A DNA stretch of 64,000 nt, taken from the NCBI GenBank assembly GCA_050952625.1, contig JBMNLH010000001.1, positions 1,600,001 through 1,664,000 on the forward strand. The letters run 5' to 3'. How positions within the stretch are numbered: the stretch's first letter is position 1; every line of letters begins with the position of its first letter. Made by a program: the position numbers and the translations under genes. Under the pieces are notes generated by a model. That model was given only the letters and a program-made list of their open reading frames with translations, ran no database searches and was not told the origin of the DNA. Origin of the DNA: Bacillota bacterium (GTDB lineage: Bacteria; Bacillota; Ch66; Ch109). Positions 34,013-44,256 of this stretch are shown here, piece after piece.

Positions 34013-36631
34013 TTGTTACCCCATAGTGCTAAACTGGAAGACCTGCTTCAGGAACTACAACCCGATCTTAATCAGGGTCTGACTTCCGAGCAAGTCAGCC
34101 GTCGTTTAGCGGAATACGGTGAAAATAAACTCAAAGAAAAGAAGAAAAAAAGTAACGTCCAAAGGTTTTTTAACCAGTTCAAGGACGTGATGATTATCAT
34201 CCTGCTGGGAGCGGCCTTCATCTCTTTCATTGTTGCTGTATATGAGGGCATCCCCTCCGGTTTTTTTGAACCAGCTTTAATCTTACTGATTGTGGTGCTC
34301 AACGCTCTGATGGGTGTTCTCCAAGAAAGCAAAGCCGAAAAAGCCCTGGAGGCCCTGAAAAGCTTATCTGCCCAACATGCCCGGGTCCTCAGGGATGGTA
34401 AAGAAACAATAATTAAGGCGACTAGCCTTGTTCCCGGCGATATTATTTTTCTGGAAGCGGGCGACTTCATTCCCGCTGATGCTCGACTGCTGCATTCGGC
34501 TAGTTTGAAATCGGAAGAATCCGCCTTAACCGGTGAATCAGTCCCCTCCGAAAAAGATGCCGCCGCTGTAGTAGCCGCCAATGCTCCTTTGGGTGACCGG
34601 CATAATATGATTTATAGCGGCTGCAGTGTTACCTATGGACATGCAAAAGCAGTAGTTACAGCCACCGGCATGAACACGGAAATGGGCAAAATTGCCAGCC
34701 TATTAGAACAAACTCAGGATATGCAAACTCCGTTACAGGAAAGGTTAGCCGATCTTGGCAGATCTCTCGGTCTGATCGGCCTGTCTGCTTGTGCGGTTAT
34801 TCTGGTCATTGGCATTATGGCTGGGATGCGGGTCATGGAAATCTTTATGATTGCTGTATCCCTAGCGGTCTCGGCTATCCCTGAGGGTTTACCAGCGATC
34901 GTAACTATTGTCTTATCCATCGGGGTTCAGCGAATGGTTATGAAAAATGCGATCATCCGGCGGCTGCCGGCAGTGGAAACGCTTGGCAGTGCCTCAGTTA
35001 TTTGCTCGGATAAAACCGGCACCCTGACCCAAAACCGGATGACTTTAGTCAAAGCTTATGCAGACGACCAGGACCAGATTGAAGCGATCAACACCAACAA
35101 CAGTCCTAGCATCAGGAAATTATTGCTGTATGGCCTGCTCTGCTCAGACGCCACCGTGGAATTTGATGGCCAAACCGAGCGTCATATCGGGGATCCAACC
35201 GAGACCGCGATTGTGCTGGCCGCCCACCGCAACGGTCTAACTAAGGATACCTCGAATCGCCAATATCCTCGCTTATTGGAAATCCCTTTTGATTCAGACC
35301 GTAAATTAATGACCTCGATAAATCTGATTGATAATAAAAATATAGTTATTGTTAAAGGGGCCTTTGATGTCCTGGCCGCCAAATGTATCAAGGGAGATAT
35401 TGGGCGGGCGAAGAAATACAATGATCAATTTAGCCGGGAAGCCTTGCGGGTTATTGCCATCGGCTACAAAGAAATTGAGGCCATTCCGGAAAAACCCACC
35501 TCCGAAGAACTGGAAAATGGTTTGACCTTTATGGGGCTGGTAGGCATGATTGACCCGCCGCGACCGGAAGCGCGAGCCGCCGTCAATATCTGCCGAAAAG
35601 CGGGGATTAAACCGGTGATGATTACCGGGGATCATGTGATCACCGCCTCAGCGATTGCTAAGGATTTAGGTATTTTACAAGATGGTGATGCCGCTATTTC
35701 AGGCCCCGAGCTGGCAGCGATGTCTGAAACAGAATTAAATAACCGGGTTCGCAACATCTCCGTTTACGCCCGCGTCTCCCCGGAGGACAAAATCCGGATT
35801 GTCCGCGCCTGGCAGCGGCAAGGGGATATCGTTTCAATGACTGGCGACGGAGTAAACGACGCTCCGGCCCTGAAAGCGGCTGATATCGGTTGTGCGATGG
35901 GCATCACCGGCACGGATGTCGCCAAAAACGCGGCGGACATGACTTTGACCGATGATAATTTTGCGACCATTGTTGAGGCGGTCAAGGAAGGCCGGGGCAT
36001 ATATGATAATATTAAAAAAGTAGTCGGCTTTTTGCTCGGGACAAATATCGGTGAAATCTTGACCGTGTTCCTGGCGATGGTTTCGTGGCAGAAAGCACCT
36101 TTGTTGGCGATTCATCTTTTATGGATTAATCTAGTGACAGACAGTTTCCCAGCCATTGCCCTAGGTATGGAGCCAGTGGAAGAAGACGTAATGGAACGCA
36201 AACCAAAACCAAAAAATGAGAGCATTTTTGCCCACGGGCTGGGAGTACGTATTCTGTTACAGGGGGTTATGTTCGCAGCCTTAACACTGTTCGGATTTTG
36301 GTACGGCGAACAGAAAACTGGTCAGCTAGCGGGCGGTCAAACAATGGCTTTCATTGTATTAGCCCTTACCCAGGTAATCCATTCTTTCAATATGCGTTCT
36401 AATCATTCTCTGTTCAAGATCGGAATCTGGAGCAACAAAAACTTGAATATTGCGGCCTTGATATCAATCGCTCTGATAATGATGGTGTTGTTTATTACAC
36501 CGGTCACTATTGTTTTTGGTTTGATCAGGTTACCGGCTTCCATGTATTTAGTCGCATTAGGGCTGGCTATTGTGCCCATCATTGTCTTAGAACTGTCGAA
36601 AGCCGGCGGGCTGATTAAACACGACCAATAA
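34013..36631 (+). CDS. Cation-translocating P-type ATPase (Ca2+-type, P2A)
   Basis: [51 protein letters not shown]. Confidence 0.95.
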   Translation: MLPHSAKLEDLLQELQPDLNQGLTSEQVSRRLAEYGENKLKEKKKKSNVQRFFNQFKDVMIIILLGAAFISFIVAVYEGIPSGFFEPALILLIVVLNALMGVLQESKAEKALEALKSLSAQHARVLRDGKETIIKATSLVPGDIIFLEAGDFIPADARLLHSASLKSEESALTGESVPSEKDAAAVVAANAPLGDRHNMIYSGCSVTYGHAKAVVTATGMNTEMGKIASLLEQTQDMQTPLQERLADLGRSLGLIGLSACAVILVIGIMAGMRVMEIFMIAVSLAVSAIPEGLPAIVTIVLSIGVQRMVMKNAIIRRLPAVETLGSASVICSDKTGTLTQNRMTLVKAYADDQDQIEAINTNNSPSIRKLLLYGLLCSDATVEFDGQTERHIGDPTETAIVLAAHRNGLTKDTSNRQYPRLLEIPFDSDRKLMTSINLIDNKNIVIVKGAFDVLAAKCIKGDIGRAKKYNDQFSREALRVIAIGYKEIEAIPEKPTSEELENGLTFMGLVGMIDPPRPEARAAVNICRKAGIKPVMITGDHVITASAIAKDLGILQDGDAAISGPELAAMSETELNNRVRNISVYARVSPEDKIRIVRAWQRQGDIVSMTGDGVNDAPALKAADIGCAMGITGTDVAKNAADMTLTDDNFATIVEAVKEGRGIYDNIKKVVGFLLGTNIGEILTVFLAMVSWQKAPLLAIHLLWINLVTDSFPAIALGMEPVEEDVMERKPKPKNESIFAHGLGVRILLQGVMFAALTLFGFWYGEQKTGQLAGGQTMAFIVLALTQVIHSFNMRSNHSLFKIGIWSNKNLNIAALISIALIMMVLFITPVTIVFGLIRLPASMYLVALGLAIVPIIVLELSKAGGLIKHDQ

Positions 36632-36700
36632 AACCAAAACCCGTTCTGCTAGTACGCCACAGAACGGTTTCTTGATGTCCTTTTAGGAAATCGCCTGGCT

Positions 36701-36858
36701 TAACCACGCATGCCCGCTAAGAACAACCACGGATGAAAACAGCGGACATATGTCATCCTGAACGATGATCTTACTGCTCAGCGGGGAAGGATTCCTCGCT
36801 TCGCTCAGAATAATGGTTTTATTCATAGCAAAGACACGATACTAAAACTATTTTCGTG
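36701..36858 (+). repeat. Family B composite repeat, near full-length (~157 bp)
   Basis: TAACCACGCATGCCCGCTAAGAACAACCACGGATGAAAA...TGTCATCCTGAACG...GGATTCCTCGCTTCGCTCAGAAT...GACACGATACTAAAACTATTTTCGTG. Confidence 0.7.
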
Positions 36859-36864
36859 TTTATG

Positions 36865-37686
36865 CTACTTTAAGACAAAGTAGCCGATAACTAAAATACC
36901 TAAAACGATCCGATACCAACCAAAGGCTGTAAAGTCGTTAGTTTTAATGTACCCCAATAAGAAGCGAATGGCGATTACCGAAACAATAAAAGCCACAATC
37001 ATGCCGGTCAATAAAACGGCGATTTCCAGGCCAGTAAAACTAAACCCAAATTTGACTAGTTTTAAGCCACTGGCACCAAACATCACTGGGATTGACAAAA
37101 AAAATGAATACTCTGCTGCGATATGACGTGATGTCCCTAGGATAATCGCCCCAAGGATCGTGGAACCTGAACGCGAGGTTCCCGGAATTAAAGATAAGAC
37201 TTGGAACAAACCGATAAAGAAAGCTGTTCTATAAGATAAATCACTAAAACTGCTAACTTTAGGGGCTCTACCCTTATTCCGATTTTCAATGACAATAAAG
37301 AGTATTCCGTAGACTATCAACATAATCGCGACAGTTTGATAGTTGTAAAATTGTTCATTCAACCAATCATCAAATAAAAATCCTAAGACCGCAGCCGGGA
37401 TCACACCCACAATCACTTTATACCAAATCCCAAAAGTTTCCTTCTTTTCATACTGTGATTTCTTCAGCGAAAAAGGGTTTAACTTATGAAAGTAAAGCAG
37501 GACCACCGCCATGATCGCGCCCAATTGAATGACCACGAAGAACATTTCTTTAAAAGCGTCTGAGGCACTTAACTGGATGAATTCCTCCACCAAAATCATG
37601 TGACCGGTACTACTTATCGGCAACCACTCAGTAATTCCTTCAACGACTCCTAAAAAGACTGCCTTTAAAAGTTCAATAAAAAGCAT
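36865..37686 (-). CDS. uppP: Undecaprenyl-diphosphate phosphatase
   Basis: [17 protein letters not shown] and PGTSRSG motifs (BacA family). Confidence 0.95.
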   Translation of the reverse strand: MLFIELLKAVFLGVVEGITEWLPISSTGHMILVEEFIQLSASDAFKEMFFVVIQLGAIMAVVLLYFHKLNPFSLKKSQYEKKETFGIWYKVIVGVIPAAVLGFLFDDWLNEQFYNYQTVAIMLIVYGILFIVIENRNKGRAPKVSSFSDLSYRTAFFIGLFQVLSLIPGTSRSGSTILGAIILGTSRHIAAEYSFFLSIPVMFGASGLKLVKFGFSFTGLEIAVLLTGMIVAFIVSVIAIRFLLGYIKTNDFTAFGWYRIVLGILVIGYFVLK

Positions 37687-37690
37687 ACTG

Positions 37691-37763
37691 TTTACCTCTA
37701 TATCCTAAAATTACCCTCTATATCCTAGAATCACCCTATATATCCTCGAATCCCCTCTATGCC
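37691..37763. repeat. 20 bp tandem repeat (about 3.5 units) in the uppP 5' region
   Basis: TTTACCTCTATATCCTAAAA / TTACCCTCTATATCCTAGAA / TCACCCTATATATCCTCGAA / TCCCCTCTATGCC. Confidence 0.8.
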
Positions 37764-37897
37764 CGCTAGGCACAACCTCCGATGAAAATAATTGTTTAAG
37801 CCTCACCCCTCACGCCTTAGACCCTACCTCTTGCTAACACTAAATCTATGAATATCACATCCGATTCTTTCTTTCAACTCATAAGCATGCTTTTCAT

Positions 37898-38617
37898 TTA
37901 TAAATTAATTTTGCGGTTTAAAAGAAAGCCCGTACTGATAAATAATAAACCAATCAAGACGATGATAATCAGCCAGTCAGTGGTAGTCATAAAGGCTACC
38001 GATCCGTGTAGGTAATAGCGAGCAGAGACACTAAGAATATCTCCAAGATAATCAACAACCTTGGCCAGAACAATAAAACAACCAAAGGCAATTAAGATAC
38101 CGTGTTTAAACGTCGCAAAAATGCTTTTAGCTAGGGCTAATGATAAATAAACCATCAATATGAATATGATGTAACCCCCAAGAATAAAGCCCAGGCCCTT
38201 TAAAACTTCCAAGCCGATTTCCCAGGTTAAAGAGGGTAATTGCCAATTTAGAGCAATCATATCTACATATATAGCATCAAAATAGGCGACAATTCCCACG
38301 ATAGTCATCACCGCTACACATTCCAGGAATATCGCGAGCAACTTGGCCCCTAAAAGTTGATACCCACTCAACGGTAAGGTTAATTCCGTAAAACCTTCAT
38401 CAGAAAATAAAGTCCGATATAATCTTCCTAGATGGTCGACTACCAAGGCCGCGCTTAGAGTAAACACTAGGGCAATCAGGATAACGGAGATATAATTAGG
38501 ACTCTCTTGACTTATAATCCGGCTAAAGAGATCTATATCAGCTAACACAAAGACGAGAATACCGGCCAGGAAAAACTTCCATCTTCTGAGCCATTCATAT
38601 TTGATGAAGTTAAGCAT
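37898..38617 (-). CDS. ABC-2 type permease
   Basis: About 6 TM helices; LFSDEG..LTLP motif; probable start MLNFIKYE overlapping the ATPase stop (start approximate). Confidence 0.8.
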   Translation of the reverse strand: MLNFIKYEWLRRWKFFLAGILVFVLADIDLFSRIISQESPNYISVILIALVFTLSAALVVDHLGRLYRTLFSDEGFTELTLPLSGYQLLGAKLLAIFLECVAVMTIVGIVAYFDAIYVDMIALNWQLPSLTWEIGLEVLKGLGFILGGYIIFILMVYLSLALAKSIFATFKHGILIAFGCFIVLAKVVDYLGDILSVSARYYLHGSVAFMTTTDWLIIIVLIGLLFISTGFLLNRKINL

Positions 38618-39308
38618 TTTCATAGACCTCCTTATAAAGTTCTTCAATAGACATTTTGCGGTTAAGGCGCAGGTCTTCTGCATCTCCGGCCAAAGCAATT
38701 TGGCCGTTTTTTAAGAAAATCACATTATCCAGAATACTCTCAATTTCTCGGATAATATGAGTAGAGATTAGAATCGTGCTTTCTTCCCGAACTGACTCGA
38801 GAATCATTTGAAGGACTTTTTCACGGGAAATCGGATCCAGGCCGTTTAACGGTTCATCTAAGAGATATAACCTAGCTTGTCTCGACATGGCCAAGACTAC
38901 CTTCAACCGTCCCAGCATCCCCGATGATAATGAGGTTATCTTCTGACTGACGTTTAGGCCCATAAACTCTACTCGTTCGGTAGCATGCTTCAAGTCAAAG
39001 TCTCGGTAAAAATCCTGATAATAACTCAAACACCTGCCAATAGTCATCCACTTAGGCAAGTGGTTAGTCGTCGGCAAAAAGGAAACTACTTGTTTGGTCA
39101 TAACCCCTATGTGATGGCCGTTTACTACAATATTCCCGGCAGTCGGCTGGGTTACACCAGCGATCAATTTCATCAGGGTGGTTTTCCCACTAGCATTCGG
39201 CCCTAGCAGTCCGTAAATTTTTCCTTCCTCTAAAGAAAAATCAAGATTATCGAGGACAGTTTTCGTCATATACTTTTTCGTTAGTCCATTAACCTTTAAT
39301 AGTTCCAT
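38610..39308 (-). CDS. ABC transporter ATP-binding protein (YtrB-like)
   Basis: GPNASGKT, LSSGM, LLDEP, STH. Confidence 0.93.
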   Translation of the reverse strand: MELLKVNGLTKKYMTKTVLDNLDFSLEEGKIYGLLGPNASGKTTLMKLIAGVTQPTAGNIVVNGHHIGVMTKQVVSFLPTTNHLPKWMTIGRCLSYYQDFYRDFDLKHATERVEFMGLNVSQKITSLSSGMLGRLKVVLAMSRQARLYLLDEPLNGLDPISREKVLQMILESVREESTILISTHIIREIESILDNVIFLKNGQIALAGDAEDLRLNRKMSIEELYKEVYENA

Positions 39309-39670
39309 TCAGGCTTCACCTCCATATATTCTTTCAAGGCTACTAAAGTTGTTTCAGAATCATAGCCTAATTCCCGCATACCTTGAACAAAGCTTTCTAA
39401 TATCTCATAAGCCATCTCCTGTTTAATCCTTTGGACAATCTCCTCGTCCTCGGTGATAAAAGAACCTATTCCCCGCTGGGTAAAAACTACTTCTTCCCGT
39501 TCTAGTTCCTGATAAACCCGCTGGATTGTATTAACATTTACTTGCAGCTCACTGGCTAATGCTCTGACTGATGGCATTTTATCCCCCCGTTGCAAACGCC
39601 CTGAAATAATATCTTTTTTAATCCTATCCATAATTTGTAGGTAAATAGGTATCTTGGTATCAAAATCCAC
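39296..39670 (-). CDS. GntR family regulator, YtrA subfamily
   Basis: PIYLQI, PSVRALA..VNVNTIQRVY..LE, RGIGSF; short C-terminal domain. Confidence 0.92.
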   Translation of the reverse strand: MDFDTKIPIYLQIMDRIKKDIISGRLQRGDKMPSVRALASELQVNVNTIQRVYQELEREEVVFTQRGIGSFITEDEEIVQRIKQEMAYEILESFVQGMRELGYDSETTLVALKEYMEVKPEWNY

Positions 39671-39704
39671 TTAATCACCCCCTCAAATGCGTTGTAAGCG
39701 TCAT

Positions 39705-39763
39705 GGTGTTATGTTGTTCTAGTGTTATAGTTAAATAATACACAGATGCGGCAAATGTGTCAA
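39705..39763 (-). promoter_or_regulatory. SigmaA promoter plus probable YtrA operator
   Basis: On the minus strand TTGACA-17 bp-TATTAT, overlapping the imperfect palindrome GTGTATTATTTAACTATAACAC. Confidence 0.65.
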
Positions 39764-39842
39764 CACGCAATAGAACATAAGCACAAAAAAAAGAGGCGTT
39801 AAACCTCATCACTTATAATGATCACAGAATAAACTTTGAGTA

Positions 39843-40337
39843 TTATTTGATGACATAAGCTGGATATAGCTTCTTATAGATTAAATAGATGTTAATAACG
39901 GCAATAAAGAAATAGATGACTCTGATGGTCATGTAAGGCACGTCTAGGCCTAAAGCAATCCCGTTGATGTCTCCGCCCACGAAAAAGGATAACAATGATA
40001 TATACACGGGGTCAAGTATCAGAAAAAGAAAGGTTACATAATAAATATAATTTTTTACTGGCTGTTTGTTCAATTTAAGTATTTTTGGCGAAAGGGCAAA
40101 TAGGATGTATCCGATTAACACGGTAACCACGCTGCTGAGGCCAGAAAACGCCGCCAGCTTTACCCCTCCGATTGACAGAGGTTGTGTAACCATTACCTCT
40201 ATACCTAACGGAAGCAAACGAATACCTTCGTATATTCCGAATAACTGGGCTTGAATAATATGAACTCCTTCATGAATAACCAAATAGGTTATCCCGGCTA
40301 AGACAAAATACAAATATCTTCGTAATTGTATATGCAT
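39843..40337 (-). CDS. Membrane protein with HExxH motif (M50-like)
   Basis: IHEGVH in the first TM segment, GGD near the C-terminus. Likely start is ATG 40337, not 40406. Confidence 0.65.
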   Translation of the reverse strand: MHIQLRRYLYFVLAGITYLVIHEGVHIIQAQLFGIYEGIRLLPLGIEVMVTQPLSIGGVKLAAFSGLSSVVTVLIGYILFALSPKILKLNKQPVKNYIYYVTFLFLILDPVYISLLSFFVGGDINGIALGLDVPYMTIRVIYFFIAVINIYLIYKKLYPAYVIK

Positions 40338-40353
40338 GCTTTCATACCTTTTC

Positions 40354-40671
40354 TTACCGCACCAACCATCGGTAGTCCTGTCTGCAATCCACGATATAGT
40401 CAACATACACCGTTCGATCCTTGATCTGATACAAAACTAAATACCATTTTTCAACAAACAGCTTATGGTATTTATTGAGCGGTATAAATTCAGTATTAAG
40501 AAACGGACACCGCTCCGGCATTGTTGAAAGGGAACGAATGGCGTCCATCAAGTCGTTTTTCACCTTGCGGGCGGCAGAAGGACTTTTCTGTGCCAGAAAA
40601 CGGATATGGCCCGCCAGCATCTGACGGGCACGGTCGGAAACAATGACCTTATATTGAGGTTTCTTTTCCAT
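40354..40671 (-). CDS. RelE/ParE family toxin
   Basis: YKVIVSDRA, SLSTMPERCP, YLVLYQI, VYVDYIVDCRQD; directly after the antitoxin (start approximate). Confidence 0.85.
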   Translation of the reverse strand: MEKKPQYKVIVSDRARQMLAGHIRFLAQKSPSAARKVKNDLMDAIRSLSTMPERCPFLNTEFIPLNKYHKLFVEKWYLVLYQIKDRTVYVDYIVDCRQDYRWLVR

Positions 40672-40939
40672 GTTCCACCTCGTTAATAATACCGTCAAGG
40701 TATTTGTCCAATTCATCCGGTGTAACTCCCGCTCGTCCTGCCAGACGGTCTTCCTCGACAGCCAACAGTTCTTCCCGTAGTTTTAGCATTTTTTCACGCC
40801 GGGAAAATGCCTCTATATCCATCACCACAAGATCACCCTCGCCGTTTTTCGTAAGGTACACAGGCTCACCAGTGGACTTGCATAAAGCTGCAATTTCATT
40901 ATAATTCTGCCTGATGCTAGCGGACGGTTTAATCAGCAT
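40649..40939 (-). CDS. Phd/YefM family antitoxin
   Basis: IKPSASIRQNYNEI..EPVYLTKNGEGDLVVM. Confidence 0.9.
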   Translation of the reverse strand: MLIKPSASIRQNYNEIAALCKSTGEPVYLTKNGEGDLVVMDIEAFSRREKMLKLREELLAVEEDRLAGRAGVTPDELDKYLDGIINEVEHGKETSI

Positions 40940-41016
40940 GGTATCAGATCCTCTCGTAGCAACATTCTAATTATATTATACTTTTTTCATGCTATGAAAT
41001 CAACCAATCTATATTT

Positions 41017-43218
41017 TTAAGGTTTGTAGCCTGAATTGTTCATCGAAAAGATAACCTCTCCGTCGGATCGCGTAAGAGTAGCGTTCGCAATACCACAGGC
41101 CTTTAAATGTTTGTAAAGGTTTTGATACTGCAGTGTCTGGATATCACTGTAATTTCCATAGTATTTAAGGATTTCGTCCGCCAGTCCAGGGATACTCCGG
41201 CCGGATACTGGCGTCACGCAGAAATCGCGGATAGACGAACCAAAGTCACCCCCATCCCGCGCCGGCTCGTATTTCTCCAGCACATAATTGCCGTTTTCAT
41301 CCTTTTTATAGGTGATGGCTTTCGGAACAACGCATGCGGTTGTTCTGTCCAGAACATTACCATAAAGCCGGTAGGTGGAACTGTAGGTAGTGACGAAAAC
41401 CTTTAAAAATCCATTCTCTTCATAGCTGCCAAAGATCCTGGGGGCAACAACGGTAAAACCTCGCCCCGGTGCCGAATTCTGCTGAATCTCCGTAGCGTAA
41501 ACCATTTTTTCTAGGGGATCGTCACCATCATAAGTAAAATCAGGCAGTTTGATCTCTGCCCTGATCGACAGGGCCGCGTACCACTCCGATGGGGACAGTG
41601 ATTCATCAGTTACGTTATTGCGCACTCCCAGAAGCTCCTTGCACAGCCGCATCATGAGCTGCCCCCGCAGGCCGTCCGCGTTTCCCGCCTCAAACTGCGA
41701 CAGCATATACTGCAAGGCCTCTTCTCCTCCATATTTTTTAATCTTTTCATAATCAAGCGGATGCGCGTCAATGTAAGCTTGGGGATTAGAAGACTCTTTC
41801 GGCGAGGACATAATGATCGCAAGGTTTTCTTCTACCAGTTTCTCCACCTCAACCTCTTTGTTCAGTAAAGCTTTGACTGATGACTCTAAACCCCCGTCTT
41901 CTATTACTCCACCGGTCCAGAGAGTTCCAATCAGCTCTACTGCACCGTTTTGCCGAGCGATTACTAACAGAGGGCTGCCCATGCTGCAGGTTTCCTTGAG
42001 CCATCCATCCTCATCAACCTGCATACCGCCGGCCAGAACTACTTTACTCAAATCTTCTGGCAGTAGCCGGTATTCCAGAGCATAAACATCAATCGGTGTC
42101 TCAGCTAGTGCCTCAAAGGTTTCTACCAATTCCAGGCGGGTAATTTTACGATCAATAATGTTTACCTCTGGGTTTAATTCATAGTTGGCAATGTCCCGAT
42201 CAATTATGGCCTGGGCCAAACTGGTGACTTGGGCTAAATTATCTGCTTCTTTATCTTTGGGATTGGCCGCAAAAGCAACCGCTGCCAGGCATACCGCGAC
42301 AACCGCCAGGATTATGACCCAAAAGGCCGGTTTCCGGTAATTCAGGACATTGATAATCCGCGTCTTGACATGACTTTCGCCAAAAGCCAGCGGATTGACC
42401 GTCAATAGATCAGTTCTTTTCAAGGACAACGACAGCAGTGAACCGGAGTAGCCATCCTTTATGCTTTCCCCCAGCCGGCTCAGCACGCTTTCGTCGCAGG
42501 ACATCTCCATATCTCGGCTCATGAGCCGGAAAGACAACCACATCAATGGATTAAACCAATGGAGAATGAGGGCCAGAAAAGCCAAAGGCTTAATCAGATA
42601 ATCCCGCCGGCGGATGTGCGTGCGCTCATGCTCCAAGATATAAGCCAGGTCAACCGCCCCGACACCTACCGGTACATAGATTTTTGGCCGCATAAAGCCG
42701 CACACAAAGGCGGTACTGATAGCGTCAGTTTCATAAACATTGCCCTCTACACGGGTCGCGGTTTGCAGCCTTCTTTTGGTCCTAACATAAGAAACAACAC
42801 TATAAATCAACAATGCCAGAACCCCGGCAATCCAAATAAGACTAAAAACTTCCGTCCACATCGGCAGGGGATTTCCGCTGGCAGTTGGAACGGCTGGCAG
42901 CAAAGAGGCGTTTGCCATACGATCAACGTTGTCAAGTTCGGGCGATATCGCGGGTGTCTCCATGAAGCGAAGATTATCCGGGATGTATTCCGTCATACTA
43001 ACATTTTGCGGGGTGTTGATCAACGACAAAAAGCTAAAGTCCGAAGTGAAAGAAACTGGACAAATCAGCCGAAAAAATACCGCCGCCCATAAAATATACG
43101 AAAAGACCTTGGGAGCTTTCCTAAGCAGCAGACGAACCAGCATCACGCCCAGAGCCACAAAGGAGGCAGTGATGCTCATGTTGAGGATGGTTGGAAATAA
43201 ATCTTGCAGAATGTTCAT
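41017..43218 (-). CDS. BlaR1/M56 family metallopeptidase with non-PBP extracellular domains
   Basis: ILEHERTHIRRRD (HExxH), HWFNPL, EMSCDE, AFGES; follows BlaI. Confidence 0.9.
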   Translation of the reverse strand: MNILQDLFPTILNMSITASFVALGVMLVRLLLRKAPKVFSYILWAAVFFRLICPVSFTSDFSFLSLINTPQNVSMTEYIPDNLRFMETPAISPELDNVDRMANASLLPAVPTASGNPLPMWTEVFSLIWIAGVLALLIYSVVSYVRTKRRLQTATRVEGNVYETDAISTAFVCGFMRPKIYVPVGVGAVDLAYILEHERTHIRRRDYLIKPLAFLALILHWFNPLMWLSFRLMSRDMEMSCDESVLSRLGESIKDGYSGSLLSLSLKRTDLLTVNPLAFGESHVKTRIINVLNYRKPAFWVIILAVVAVCLAAVAFAANPKDKEADNLAQVTSLAQAIIDRDIANYELNPEVNIIDRKITRLELVETFEALAETPIDVYALEYRLLPEDLSKVVLAGGMQVDEDGWLKETCSMGSPLLVIARQNGAVELIGTLWTGGVIEDGGLESSVKALLNKEVEVEKLVEENLAIIMSSPKESSNPQAYIDAHPLDYEKIKKYGGEEALQYMLSQFEAGNADGLRGQLMMRLCKELLGVRNNVTDESLSPSEWYAALSIRAEIKLPDFTYDGDDPLEKMVYATEIQQNSAPGRGFTVVAPRIFGSYEENGFLKVFVTTYSSTYRLYGNVLDRTTACVVPKAITYKKDENGNYVLEKYEPARDGGDFGSSIRDFCVTPVSGRSIPGLADEILKYYGNYSDIQTLQYQNLYKHLKACGIANATLTRSDGEVIFSMNNSGYKP

Positions 43219-43574
43219 TTGGCCGCCTCCTCAATGATTCGTTTCAGTTCCTCAGCTTCCTGGATGGACAGCTTACGGTTATCCAGGAAGGCGGTCAGGA
43301 ATTTGGGCAGCGATCCGTCAAAGGCTTTTTCCAGTACCGCTCTGCTCTCGTACCGCTGTACATCCTCGCGTTTGACAAGAGCAGTAACCATCGCCTCCTT
43401 ATTCTGCAGGATGCCGCGCTCACAAAGCTTTTTTAAGACGGTATAGGTAGTGGACTTCTTCCAGCCAAGCTTGTCAGCGCACAACCGCACCAACTCGGTG
43501 GAATTGATAGGCTCGTTGTCCCAGATAAGACTGACAAACTTGTACTCAGCATCAAACAGCTTGAATTGTTCCAT
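43215..43574 (-). CDS. BlaI/MecI/CopY family repressor
   Basis: W..STTYTVLKKLCERG, FDGSLPKFL. Likely start MEQFKL at 43574 after AAGGAGG. Confidence 0.9.
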   Translation of the reverse strand: MEQFKLFDAEYKFVSLIWDNEPINSTELVRLCADKLGWKKSTTYTVLKKLCERGILQNKEAMVTALVKREDVQRYESRAVLEKAFDGSLPKFLTAFLDNRKLSIQEAEELKRIIEEAAK

Positions 43575-43592
43575 ATGGTCCGGCCTCCTTAG

Positions 43593-43634
43593 GTTTATTG
43601 CAGTAGACTTCACTATTAGTCTATTGCAATAGAC
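43593..43634. promoter_or_regulatory. Two BlaI-type operator palindromes
   Basis: Perfect GTCTATTGCAATAGAC (43619-43634) and imperfect GTTTATTGCAGTAGAC (43593-43608) just upstream of blaI. Confidence 0.7.
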
Positions 43635-43723
43635 CCGAGTTGTCAATAATCTTTGGCATTTTTTTATTGACATATTAGAAAAACGCCCGATACCTCGGAC
43701 GTTAATGATAACCTTAACTGTAG

Positions 43724-44158
43724 TTATTTTGATTCTAAGTACAGATTTCTCGGAATTGAGTTGCAGGAGGACGAAGAACTAACTTCCCATTTACTGAGTC
43801 TAAAAACCACAAATGAATGATAGAAATCCTGGATTGCGCGATCCCTCCAAGACTTAAGAAATCCGCGGCTGGGATGGTTGGCAATCTCATCTTTCAGCTT
43901 GTTATCGTCAACTATTTCTAATACGCCATTTACCCGCAGCTGAATGTTTTTATTAAAATCATTAAAGCAAAGCTCAACCTTGGGATTTTGGCTAACCTGC
44001 TGATATATATCCTTCGTAACCGTCGAATGGAATATTATCCCAGATTCGTCGGCCTTAAAAAGCAACAAAGCTCTTACCCGGGGTTGGTCACCTTCCATGG
44101 TGGCTAAATGAAAGGCCGGATGACTATTCATCAAATCAAACATTTCTTGTCTGGTCAT
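43724..44158 (-). CDS. Pyridoxamine 5'-phosphate oxidase-like FMN-binding protein
   Basis: LATMEGDQPRVR, K..YQQVSQNPKVELCF, QLRVNG. Confidence 0.85.
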   Translation of the reverse strand: MTRQEMFDLMNSHPAFHLATMEGDQPRVRALLLFKADESGIIFHSTVTKDIYQQVSQNPKVELCFNDFNKNIQLRVNGVLEIVDDNKLKDEIANHPSRGFLKSWRDRAIQDFYHSFVVFRLSKWEVSSSSSCNSIPRNLYLESK

Positions 44159-44256
44159 TTTTCGTCCTCCTGAATACTAATATATCTCTCCCTGAGACAA
44201 GTATAATCCAAGCGGCATAACAATACGCCCAGAATAATGCCTAAGCTCGCTCTTGG

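Noticed and set aside
37691-37763. Possible CRISPR array
   Set aside because: Units are contiguous with no spacers and there are no cas genes; it is a simple tandem repeat.
43764-44174. 12 bp inverted repeat CAGGAGGACGAA around the FMN-binding gene as an invertible or IS boundary
   Set aside because: One copy is simply the gene's SD, the match is short, and no recombinase is nearby.
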